A stretch of 64,000 nt of DNA from Candidatus Hadarchaeum sp. (GTDB lineage Archaea; Hadarchaeota; Hadarchaeia; Hadarchaeales; Hadarchaeaceae). The position numbers and the translations under genes are program-made. Location: contig NZ_JAVZIN010000001.1 of NCBI RefSeq assembly GCF_038871235.1, positions 86,508 through 150,507 on the forward strand, given 5' to 3'. The notes below the pieces were generated by a model. That model ran no database searches. It had not been told where the DNA came from and saw only the letters and a list, made by a program, of their open reading frames with translations. This document shows, piece by piece, positions 28,664-37,111 of this stretch. How positions within the stretch are numbered: position 1 is the first letter of the stretch; every line of letters starts with the position of its first letter.

Positions 28664-29641
28664 TTGGGGATAAAGATACTGACTCACGGCGACACCGATG
28701 GCATTTGCGCCGCCGCACTGGCCCGATACCGGTTTCCCGATGCCGAGATTTGGTTCACCAGACCCATTAGGTTGCTAAGGGATCTGAACACCATCGAGCC
28801 GGGCACGGCGGTGATGATCTTTGACGTGGCCATCGATGAAGCCAACAAGGATCAGATCTTCCAGCGGATGCGGGAGCTGGCCCAAAAGGATGAGGTTCTC
28901 TACGCGGATCATCACCCCCTCCCACCCGGAACTCTGAAAAGGGATTTCCCGGTGACGCAGTTTGCCCTTGATACTGGGGCAAGTTCTTCCGAGCTGGCCT
29001 TCAAGCTGCTCATTCAGGACCCCAAATCTGACATGGACCGCGTCGCCCTCTGGGGAGCCATCGCCGACTACTGCTGGGACACCGAGTTCGTTCGGGGAAG
29101 GATGGACAAATACGACCGGAGAACCATCTACATGGAGGCGGGCCTGCTCACCCAGGGTCTGGGGGAAGCTGCCGGAGACTATCACTTCAAGAGGGATATC
29201 GTGATCAAGCTCGCCCAAGGAATACCGCCCACGGAGATGCCCGACCTGGTCGATCGAGCCCTGAAAGCTACCAAGAGGGAGTGGGACATCTACGAATATG
29301 TGAAGAAGCACGTTGTTGTTGAGGACAATATCGCCATCGTCTACGATCTCCCAGTAGGCAGCTTGGGAAAGGCTGCGCTTTACGCCTTGGGCATCACCGG
29401 AGTTGACGTCGGGATCTGCACCCGGGTAAAGAAGGACGATGTGGATATCAGCATCAGGCGCAGGACCGGGAGCAAGATAGACCTAAACGAGATGCTCCGC
29501 CACATCACGGCTAGGGTCGGTGGATCTGGCGGTGGGCATGAAGGGGCTGCCGGGGCCACCGTCCCAGTAAACCTGCTGGAGACATTTCTGGAGACGATAA
29601 AAAGGGAGGTTTCTCCCATCAGTGGTTTGGGAACCGTTTAA
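28664..29641 (+). CDS. DHH/DHHA1 family phosphoesterase
   Basis: HGDTDG, FDVA, YADHH, GAIAD, GGGHEGAAGA. Confidence 0.88.
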   Translation: MGIKILTHGDTDGICAAALARYRFPDAEIWFTRPIRLLRDLNTIEPGTAVMIFDVAIDEANKDQIFQRMRELAQKDEVLYADHHPLPPGTLKRDFPVTQFALDTGASSSELAFKLLIQDPKSDMDRVALWGAIADYCWDTEFVRGRMDKYDRRTIYMEAGLLTQGLGEAAGDYHFKRDIVIKLAQGIPPTEMPDLVDRALKATKREWDIYEYVKKHVVVEDNIAIVYDLPVGSLGKAALYALGITGVDVGICTRVKKDDVDISIRRRTGSKIDLNEMLRHITARVGGSGGGHEGAAGATVPVNLLETFLETIKREVSPISGLGTV

Positions 29642-29648
29642 ACTCGCT

Positions 29649-30644
29649 TCAAAAAAGTTCGACCCACTTTCCCTTGCCCAGTTTTTTTGCCTTCTGATAA
29701 ACGAACCAGTCGGTGGCGATGTCCTGTATGGCGAGGCCGGTGGAATCGAACACGGTAATTTCATCGCGGGAAGTTCGACCTGGTTTTTTCTTGGTCACTA
29801 TTTCACCGAGGTCTGCATAGATATCGGACCTCGAGATCAAGCCTTTCGCCAGCGGGACGTTAACCTCTCCCCCATGAATCGCCTGCTCCACATCGTCGAC
29901 GACCACCTTGGCGTGCAGGAGGATGGCCGGATCGAGCTCCTGTTTTCCCGGGGCATCGGCACCGATGGCGTTAATATGCGTACCGCTCCTGACATACTCG
30001 TTCATCAGGATGGGCTTCGTCGAGGGGGTGGTGGTTACTATAATGTCGGCTACCTCAACGGTTTCCTTCACCCTCCGAAAGACCTTCGTCTCCACCCCCA
30101 GCTCCTCGCGCATCTCAGCGGCAAAGCGCGAGGCATTTTTGGCATCGATATCGTTGACCCTGACCTCCTCTATCTTCAGCACCTCGTTCAGCCCCAGCAG
30201 CTGGGTCCTCGCCTGAACTCCGGCGCCGAGCATCGCAACGACCTTGGAATCTCGCCGAGCCAAATACTTTGCCGCGACCGCCCCGCCGGCTCCGGTTCTC
30301 AGGTTGGTTATCAGTGTTCCATCCATGATGGTGAGGGGGGCGCCCGTCTTGGGGTCAAGCAGTAGTATCGTGGCCATGACTGTGGGCAACCGGTATTTTT
30401 TTGGATTTCTGGGGTGAACGTTAACGATCTTGACACCTGCGGCGCCCATGTCCTCCAAGTAAGCGGGCATGACCCTGAAGTCGCCCCCGTACTTTTCAAA
30501 ATTCACGTAGGACTTGGGCGGCATCTGGACCTTGCCCAGCCCCTTTGCCATGAAGGCCTTCTCGACCGCGTCTATAACTTCGCGCATCGAGATTAACCCC
30601 TCGATCTCCTTCTTTGACAAAAGCAGGATTTTCATCTTTGGCAC
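29649..30644 (-). CDS. ala: Archaeal alanine dehydrogenase (ornithine cyclodeaminase/mu-crystallin family)
   Basis: MPPKSY, GDFRVMPAY, GVKIVNVHPRN, RTGA, AIGADAPGKQE, FDSTGLAIQD. Confidence 0.88.
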   Translation of the reverse strand: MPKMKILLLSKKEIEGLISMREVIDAVEKAFMAKGLGKVQMPPKSYVNFEKYGGDFRVMPAYLEDMGAAGVKIVNVHPRNPKKYRLPTVMATILLLDPKTGAPLTIMDGTLITNLRTGAGGAVAAKYLARRDSKVVAMLGAGVQARTQLLGLNEVLKIEEVRVNDIDAKNASRFAAEMREELGVETKVFRRVKETVEVADIIVTTTPSTKPILMNEYVRSGTHINAIGADAPGKQELDPAILLHAKVVVDDVEQAIHGGEVNVPLAKGLISRSDIYADLGEIVTKKKPGRTSRDEITVFDSTGLAIQDIATDWFVYQKAKKLGKGKWVELF

Positions 30645-30719
30645 CGATTACTGCTACCGGGACTAGGTTTTAACCGTTGCGCCTTAGCGCCCTATGGTAA
30701 GCGATCAAGGTTAGGAAAA

Positions 30720-30871
30720 TGGCGCCGGGGAGAGGACTCGAACCTCTGACCGCTCGGTTGCTGTGCCCAGACGTGTCGTCTTTTTTTATTGAGGTTCGTT
30801 CTTCATTCACATCCGGTTTAACAGCCGAGCACTCTACCTACTGAGCTGTCGGGCCGCAACGGAACCCCGGC
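30720..30871 (-). tRNA. tRNA-Asn(GTT) with two introns: 16 nt at 8/9 (30848-30863) and 60 nt at 37/38 (30759-30818)
   Basis: Removal gives a 76-nt cloverleaf GCCGGGG-TA-GCTC AGTAGGTA GAGT-G-CTCGG CTGTTAA CCGAG-CGGTC-AGAGG TTCGAGT CCTCT-CCCCGGC-G-CCA; both junctions fold as BHB. Confidence 0.88.
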
Positions 30872-30875
30872 ATTT

Positions 30876-30882
30876 CCCCGGC
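30876..30882 (-). repeat. Second copy of the tRNA-Asn 5' acceptor strand (GCCGGGG) in the leader
   Basis: Minus strand reads GCCGGGG-AAAT-GCCGGGG. Confidence 0.85.
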
Positions 30883-31042
30883 ACTTCTTACTTTTCCACC
30901 GAATTCATAAGCTTTTGCCCAGTTTATCCCTTGCCCCCTCAGGAGCAAACTGCCTCTGCTCAGCTTTACCTATTCAGCAGTCGACAATGGTTGCTCATGC
31001 TCCTCTCTTCGTCCAAGCGGGTTCCAAGCATTGAGTCAAAAA

Positions 31043-31105
31043 TCGTACTGGGGAGTACGACACGGCTTTGTCTTTAAACCCATCAATCAGTACCGGGGAA
31101 TACGA
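31043..31105. promoter_or_regulatory. Two related 18-bp sites flanking a TATA box; candidate operators
   Basis: TCGTACT-GGGG-AGTACGA (31043-31060, perfect inverted repeat) and CAGTACCGGGGAATACGA (31088-31105, 14/18 identical) around TTTAAACC. Confidence 0.6.
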
Positions 31106-31400
31106 ATTCTCAAAGACCGTTAGATCTGTGCGAGCACCTGAGCAGGCGAGCTAGAACCGAAATCGTCCAGCTGCTGATCGATAGAGTCGGGCCAATCGCG
31201 GGTCTGGCTAGGAGGGTAGGTGTCACTGAGGGTGCCGTTAGAAAGTGGCTGATCTCGACCCATCCATCCAATTTTACCCTGTTTTCATTGCTGATACTGG
31301 CCGCTTAAATTGAAAGAGAACGAGCTCTCGAGATACCGGAGCAGGATTTCCACAACTACTGAAAGGACCTCACCAATTTTATCAACCAAATTCATCTCCC
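31102..31400 (+). pseudogene. XRE/Cro-like HTH regulator pseudogene
   Basis: Frame reads LSRRARTEIVQLL...GLARRVGVTEGAVRKWLISTHPSN with in-frame stops at 31306 (TAA) and 31360 (TGA); no ATG (ACG at 31102); end approximate. Confidence 0.65.
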
Positions 31401-31446
31401 ACATAAACCAAGGCAGGGCCCCTACCGAACCGAAGGGTCTGGAATC

Positions 31447-32223
31447 TCATCGCCTCAAGGTGCCGGTTTCCGCCAGACGACGCAGCCCATCCTGCATTAA
31501 TCGATAGGTTGCCCTCAAGCTAGAGTCATTGTCAAAATCGCCAATCGCCTTTTCAGCGCTCCTTCGGGACAGTTTGGAGAGACGCCTGGCCTCTGCGACC
31601 AAAAGCGGCATTGCCCTGACGATGTTGTCCACAATGGTGATGTCCGCCGCCCGAGCCGTTCTTGACATGGGATTCAGGTCAATCGCAATCACGCGCTTAC
31701 CGAGCCTCTTCAGGGCCTCCGTTCGGTCGCCGTCCTCCAGAGGAACCAGCACCACATCCGCGGCGGCTATTCCTCGCCTGTCAACCTTCCTCCGCTGGCT
31801 GTGTACTTCCCGGATCCTCGTGTAAAACCTAGGGTCGACTCCAAGAACCTCGCTGGCACCGTGTTGGCGTAGCCAGCGGGCGATGGCTCTCTCCCTCCCT
31901 CGTGAACCATGAAACAAGTTGACCTCAAGCTTCGCCCCAGTTACCCTCGAGAGCTCGACCAATTCCTCAGGGACAAGGGCCGCGGCATTTCCGTTGACAG
32001 AGATCACCGGCCGCTCAGCCAAGAGCAGCGCTGCGGCCGCGGCCTTTATCGCTCTTCTGGCCTCACGCGTGGTCCTTTCACTCAGCAGATAATCAAAGGC
32101 CTCCCCCCTTCCGTGCGCCGCCAGCCCTTCCTCGACGACCAGCCCCATCTTAAACCCATCCACGAGTTTTTTCCTTACCCTCAAGGACTCCGCCCGCGGA
32201 TGCAGGGAAGAAATTTCATCCAT
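31447..32223 (-). CDS. Phosphopantothenate synthetase (4-phosphopantoate--beta-alanine ligase)
   Basis: HPRAESL, AHGRGEAFDYL, ISVNGN, LEVNLF, VPLEDGDRTEAL, IDLNPMSRT. Confidence 0.93.
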   Translation of the reverse strand: MDEISSLHPRAESLRVRKKLVDGFKMGLVVEEGLAAHGRGEAFDYLLSERTTREARRAIKAAAAALLLAERPVISVNGNAAALVPEELVELSRVTGAKLEVNLFHGSRGRERAIARWLRQHGASEVLGVDPRFYTRIREVHSQRRKVDRRGIAAADVVLVPLEDGDRTEALKRLGKRVIAIDLNPMSRTARAADITIVDNIVRAMPLLVAEARRLSKLSRRSAEKAIGDFDNDSSLRATYRLMQDGLRRLAETGTLRR

Positions 32224-32315
32224 GGCTCTTCCTCCGGAGTCAAATTTACTTCCTGCTGATATCACCAAAAAGCTTTTTGAACAGGGAGAGAAGGTCTAAA
32301 GCGGTGAAGTTTAAC

Positions 32316-33134
32316 ATGCGGCTATATCCCCTCGCGATAATCCCATTGGTCTTGTCTCTGGGCGCGATAGTGGTCTCGGGCATAAATCCCGGGCCGCAGT
32401 CCTATCTTACCCTCGGCGTTGCCGGCGCCACTTTCTTGGTCTCCGCGGCGATATTATTCGCTTATTCTAGAAAATCCACTGAGGCCAAGCAGATCCCGCT
32501 GGAAAATTTCTCCGTCTGGGCTGACGTCGGCGAACCAGCTTCAGAGCTGAGAAGGCTGAGCCGGGGAGAGACCTTTGCCGCTGCCCAGATAGCTGCCACT
32601 GACCTAGATTCCCTCGCCGCAAACGCTGAACTGCTCCAAGCACGAACTTACATGCTCGTAGGCAAGGTCGGTTTTGAATCCGTCACCGAGGAGAAGATGC
32701 ACAGGCGGGTGGAAGCGCTAGTGAACGACATCAACCATATCTCAAAATCCATCAGCACCTCTAAGGAATTAACTAAGGAAGTCATCCCTCAAATAGAACA
32801 GTGCGCCGCCCAAGCCGAACGAATCGCCAATAAATTTTTTGAGCTTGAGGAAGGAAAACCAGAGACCATCTACATATACCTGGAGCCGCTGAGGAGAGCG
32901 GCTGAAAAGCTCTCCCGCGACCTGAGGCTGGCGGCAACCAACATCTCCAAATATCTGCTGTGGGAAGAAAAAGCGCCCGGCCAGGTAGAGACGCCCGCCC
33001 CGCTGGCTGCCTCCGGTGTTGAAGCCCCTCCTCAGCCCCCGCCAGCACCGACTGAACCTGAGTCGAAGACCTCGACCACTGAGATGCTCCCACAACCTGA
33101 ACTACCCTCTGAACAACCGACCGAGAATAAATAA
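32316..33134 (+). CDS. Hypothetical 2-TM membrane-anchored helical protein with Pro/Glu-rich tail
   Basis: Two N-terminal TMs, helical middle, low-complexity C-terminus; ends 12 nt before the EF-1alpha gene. Confidence 0.7.
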   Translation: MRLYPLAIIPLVLSLGAIVVSGINPGPQSYLTLGVAGATFLVSAAILFAYSRKSTEAKQIPLENFSVWADVGEPASELRRLSRGETFAAAQIAATDLDSLAANAELLQARTYMLVGKVGFESVTEEKMHRRVEALVNDINHISKSISTSKELTKEVIPQIEQCAAQAERIANKFFELEEGKPETIYIYLEPLRRAAEKLSRDLRLAATNISKYLLWEEKAPGQVETPAPLAASGVEAPPQPPPAPTEPESKTSTTEMLPQPELPSEQPTENK

Positions 33135-33146
33135 AAGGGTCTGAAC

Positions 33147-34400
33147 GTGAAGCCGCATTTGAACCTGGTCTTTATCGGCCACGTTGACCACGGCAAATCA
33201 ACCCTCATCGGGAGACTGCTGGTAGAGATGGGAGTCGTCAAGGAGAAGGAGCTTCTGGATGAAGCCGGAAGCTTCAAGTTCGCCTGGGTGATGGACAGGG
33301 AAAAGGAGGAAAGGGCGCGGGGGGTGACCATTGATATCGCCTACCAGAAGATCGAGACCCAGAAGAATGTCATTACCATAATCGACGCCCCGGGCCACCG
33401 CGACTTCGTCAAAAACATGATCACGGGCGCGAGCCAGGCCGACGCGGCAGTGCTGGTTGTGGCCGCTGATGATGGGATTATGCCGCAGACCCGTGAGCAC
33501 GCGGCACTGGCCTTTACCCTTGGTGTTGGCCAGATCATCGTCGCCATCAACAAGATGGACCTAGTGGGTTTTCGCCAGGAAGTTTATGAAGAGATAAAAA
33601 ACAGCATGATCACCCTGCTCAGCAGCATCGGTTACCGAAATGCCTCAGAGTTGCCTTTTATCCCACTGGCGGCTTTCTTCGGCGAGGGCGTCACTAAACC
33701 CAGCCCAAAGATGCCCTGGTACAATGGACCCACCCTACTCGGAGCTCTGGAGAGGTTAAAGGAACCCGAGAAGCCGATAAACAAGCCCCTGAGGATCCCG
33801 ATTCAAGATGTTTTCTCAATTACTGGAGTTGGCACGGTACCGATAGGTCGCGTGGAAACCGGCGTCCTGAAAATTAAGGACATCGTCGTCTTTGAGCCTT
33901 CGGGCAGTAGCGGTGAGGTCCGCAGCATCGAGATGCACCACGAACAGATTCAGCAGGCGGTTCCGGGCGATAACATCGGCTTTAGCGTCAGAGGGGTCTC
34001 CAAGGATGAGGTGAGGCGGGGAGACGTCGCCGGCCATCTGACAAACCCGCCCACCGTCACCAATGAGTTCACAGGAAAAGTGGTCATCCTCGCCGTCCCT
34101 ACTGAAATCTCGCCGGGATTCACGCCGCTCTTCCACTGCCACGCGGCTCATGTCCCGGGAACCATAATCGAGATCCTGCAAAAAATAGATCCCAAGACCG
34201 GGGCGGTTGTCGAGGAACATCCGAAATCGCTGAGGAAGGGCGACGCGGGCGTCATCAGGGTCAGGCTGGCCAAGCCGATGGTGATCGAGCGATCCAGCGA
34301 ACTCCCGGAGCTAAGCCGGTTCGCCATCAGGCACGCCGGACAGACCATTGCCGCCGGCATGTGCATTGACCTCGTTGAAATTAAGAGGGCCGCGAGATAA
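33147..34400 (+). CDS. tuf: Translation elongation factor EF-1alpha, divergent (possible paralog)
   Basis: GHVDHGKST, RGVTID, DAPGHRDFVKNMITG, NKMD, PLRIPIQDV, GRVETG, SIEMHH. Confidence 0.88.
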   Translation: MKPHLNLVFIGHVDHGKSTLIGRLLVEMGVVKEKELLDEAGSFKFAWVMDREKEERARGVTIDIAYQKIETQKNVITIIDAPGHRDFVKNMITGASQADAAVLVVAADDGIMPQTREHAALAFTLGVGQIIVAINKMDLVGFRQEVYEEIKNSMITLLSSIGYRNASELPFIPLAAFFGEGVTKPSPKMPWYNGPTLLGALERLKEPEKPINKPLRIPIQDVFSITGVGTVPIGRVETGVLKIKDIVVFEPSGSSGEVRSIEMHHEQIQQAVPGDNIGFSVRGVSKDEVRRGDVAGHLTNPPTVTNEFTGKVVILAVPTEISPGFTPLFHCHAAHVPGTIIEILQKIDPKTGAVVEEHPKSLRKGDAGVIRVRLAKPMVIERSSELPELSRFAIRHAGQTIAAGMCIDLVEIKRAAR

Positions 34401-34435
34401 CTCGATCACGAGTTACTCAGCTGCTTCGCCCTGAT

Positions 34436-34744
34436 TCATCTCATCTTTTCCCTTACCGCTTCCACCTTCGACTCCATGGTCATCCTTTTGTCGCGACGCT
34501 CATCTAGGTTTATCTTGGTCACGATTCGAGAAACGCCCATCTTGAAAACCGCCTCCTGCATCTCCAGAGCCAGCCGTAACAGCTCCTCAGTTTCTCCTTC
34601 CACGATGGTTCCCATGGCCGTGACCTGATACTTCGCCCCCTTGCTTTCCAGAACCCCCACCGCCGCAGCCACATAATTGCTGACCGAAGCACTCCCCGTG
34701 CCCACAGGGACGATGCTAATCTCCATTAGTGCCATAACTGCCAC
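34436..34744 (-). CDS. MTH1187/YkoF thiamine-binding family protein
   Basis: EISIVPVGT..SVS.YVA, AMGTIVEG, DERRDK. Confidence 0.9.
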   Translation of the reverse strand: MAVMALMEISIVPVGTGSASVSNYVAAAVGVLESKGAKYQVTAMGTIVEGETEELLRLALEMQEAVFKMGVSRIVTKINLDERRDKRMTMESKVEAVREKMR

Positions 34745-34818
34745 CCAACCAAGCTTGCTCAGAGAAGTAAATAAAACCGTTGCCTCGCCACCAGCAACGA
34801 GGGAATGCAGCCGGGGAA

Positions 34819-35391
34819 TCAGTAATTTTCGCTCAGCAGCTCATAGTATGCCTGAGGGTGCTTGCAGGCGGGACAGACTTTTGGTGCCTCCATCCCCTCA
34901 TGGACATAGCCGCAGTTCCGGCACTTCCACTTCACCACTCGGTCCTTTCGAAAAACAGTGTTGTTCTCCAAATTCTCCAGCAGCTTCCGATATCTCTTCT
35001 CGTGCTGCTCTTCAACCTCAGCTATTTCCCTGAAAGAATCGGCTATCTCGTCAAAGCCCTCTTCCCTAGCCACCTTTTCGAACTCGGGGTAAAGTGTTCC
35101 CCACTCCATCCTCTCCCCTTCGGCAGCGGCCAGCAAGTTCTCCTTGGTGGTCCCGATTTTCCCGGCAGGATAGGCCGCCTCGATAGCGACTTCCCCTCCC
35201 TCCAAGTATTGGAAGAACACTTTGGCGTGCTCCTTCTCATTATCCGCGGTCTCAAGAAATATCGCACCGATCTGCTCATAACCCTCTTTTTTGGCGACGC
35301 TGGCAAAATAGGTATACCTATTTCTGGCCTGGCTCTCACCGGCAAATGCCTTCAGAAGGTTCTTCTCCGTCCGACTACCCTTTAACCTCAT
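34819..35391 (-). CDS. rbr: Rubrerythrin
   Basis: AFAGESQARNRY, EKEHA, EEQHE, WKCRNCGY, CPACKHP. Confidence 0.95.
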   Translation of the reverse strand: MRLKGSRTEKNLLKAFAGESQARNRYTYFASVAKKEGYEQIGAIFLETADNEKEHAKVFFQYLEGGEVAIEAAYPAGKIGTTKENLLAAAEGERMEWGTLYPEFEKVAREEGFDEIADSFREIAEVEEQHEKRYRKLLENLENNTVFRKDRVVKWKCRNCGYVHEGMEAPKVCPACKHPQAYYELLSENY

Positions 35392-35474
35392 TACATCATC
35401 CCCTGATAAACTAAAGCCCCCCTGTTTAAAAATATCTGCAAAATAAAAACCGATTTTCTGAATCAGCAAACCTT

Positions 35475-36281
35475 TTAGAGCTTCGGGATTTCCGGAGGCC
35501 TGAGCTTGTGGAGACTCCTGCGCTCACGTTCGACAATCGACTTCACTTCATCCAGCCTCAGACCAACTGTTTTTGCAATCGCAACTGGCTTAAGACCCAG
35601 ATCCAAGCCAGCGAAAATCATGTCAAGATTCTTATAACTTATACCTAACTCGCCCTCATCTGTTTGGCCCGGCCACAGCCCCGCCGTTGGTGTCTTATCC
35701 ACTATCTGCTTAGGGATGCCAAGATAACAGGCCAGTTCCCTCACCTGTGTCTTATACAGCGCGCCCAAGGGGGCTAAATCAGATGCACCGTCCCCGTATT
35801 TGGTGAAATATCCCGTCCTAAGCTCGCTCCGGTTACTACATCCCACGACAAGCCTGTTCAACATGTTGGCGTAGTAATAAAGCACGACCATGCGAACCCT
35901 GGGCAGAATGTTGGCGTTTGGCAGTTTGGCCTCGGGTTTAAATTCCAGCTGGCCTCGCAGAGCCTTTACCACCGGAGCGATGTCAATAACCCTGAAATCT
36001 ATGCCCAGCTTCTCCGCAACCAGCCGGGCATCGGCTACGTCGCTAGGGTCTGATACCCCAACTTCAGGAAGTGAAATTCCCAACACCTTTTCTGGACCAA
36101 GTGCTCTTACGCAGAGGACTGCCGTAACGGAGGAATCAATTCCGCCGCTGAGGCCTATGACAACACCATCGGCGCCAGACTCACGAACCTTGTTTTTGAT
36201 AAAGGTAATCAGCTTTTTTTCCACCGCGACCGGATTAATTTTCAGCACTCTAGCAATCTGTTTCAATTCCTCTTCAGACAT
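35475..36281 (-). CDS. nadE: NH3-dependent NAD+ synthetase
   Basis: GLSGGIDS, R.RM..LY, GYFTKYGDG, LYKTQV, PTAGLWPGQTDE. Confidence 0.95.
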   Translation of the reverse strand: MSEEELKQIARVLKINPVAVEKKLITFIKNKVRESGADGVVIGLSGGIDSSVTAVLCVRALGPEKVLGISLPEVGVSDPSDVADARLVAEKLGIDFRVIDIAPVVKALRGQLEFKPEAKLPNANILPRVRMVVLYYYANMLNRLVVGCSNRSELRTGYFTKYGDGASDLAPLGALYKTQVRELACYLGIPKQIVDKTPTAGLWPGQTDEGELGISYKNLDMIFAGLDLGLKPVAIAKTVGLRLDEVKSIVERERRSLHKLRPPEIPKL

Positions 36282-36289
36282 GCCATCAC

Positions 36290-37111
36290 CTAGAATTTTC
36301 TGGGATAGGAACCGAGGATCCTCAGCATCGCAGTTTTCCTTTCAACCTCTCTGAGGGCCTCCTTGACCTTTCTGTCCTCGCGGTGCCCCTCCAAGTCTAT
36401 GAAGAAGAGGTAATCACCCAAGGCCTTTTTGGAGGGTCGGGATTCTATCTTGGTGAGGTTAATCTTCCTCACCGCGAACTCTCCAAGTATTTCATGCAAA
36501 ATACCTGGCCTATCATCCGCCGTGTAAAAGACGATGGATGTCTTATCTCTGCCGGTTCTGCGGCTGTCCTCCTTGGCGATATGTAAAAAGCGAGTAATGT
36601 TCCTTTCGCCGCTTTGGATGTTGTCCCTCAACACCTGCAAATTATATAATTTCGCCAGCATCCGGGGGCCAATGGCCGCAATGTGTGGCTGTCCTAGCTT
36701 GCTCACCTGCTCCGCTGATCTCGCCGTGCTACCCATCTCCACTATCTCCGCCATGGGTAGATTCTTTCTCAAAAATTCCCGGCACTGGGCGATTGCCTGT
36801 GGATGTGAGAGGACCTGGGTTATCTTCTCAATCTTGGATCCCTTCACCCCGAGCAGAGCGTGCGTAATTGGGAGGACGATCTCACCCTTTATCTTAACAT
36901 CGGCCCAGGTAAGTGCATCAAGCGACTCGCCCACCGATCCTTCCCTCATGCTCTCCACTGGGATAACGCCGGCATCAACCTCGCCTCGAGCGACCGCCTC
37001 AACAACGTCCGATATCGTTGGATATAGTACTACCTCAGCCCGTCCCTTGAACTGGGACCAAGCGGCGATCTCCGAGTAGGTACCACGGGGGCCCAGCGCG
37101 CCAACCTTCAT
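36290..37111 (-). CDS. pheA: Prephenate dehydratase
   Basis: LGPRGTYS, SHPQAIAQC, NITRF, ACT domain NLTKIESRP, LGSYP. Confidence 0.95.
   Translation of the reverse strand: MKVGALGPRGTYSEIAAWSQFKGRAEVVLYPTISDVVEAVARGEVDAGVIPVESMREGSVGESLDALTWADVKIKGEIVLPITHALLGVKGSKIEKITQVLSHPQAIAQCREFLRKNLPMAEIVEMGSTARSAEQVSKLGQPHIAAIGPRMLAKLYNLQVLRDNIQSGERNITRFLHIAKEDSRRTGRDKTSIVFYTADDRPGILHEILGEFAVRKINLTKIESRPSKKALGDYLFFIDLEGHREDRKVKEALREVERKTAMLRILGSYPRKF

Noticed and set aside
30847-30882. Upstream GCCGGGG as the true tRNA 5' end, with a longer intron and C8-to-U editing
   Set aside because: No BHB fits those boundaries, whereas the 16-nt 8/9 intron has exact BHB geometry and yields U8 directly.
30720-30882. 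Split tRNA or integrase att-site explanation for the duplicated acceptor sequence
   Set aside because: All exons are contiguous, the duplicate is only 7 nt and lies at the 5' side, and no integrase is present.
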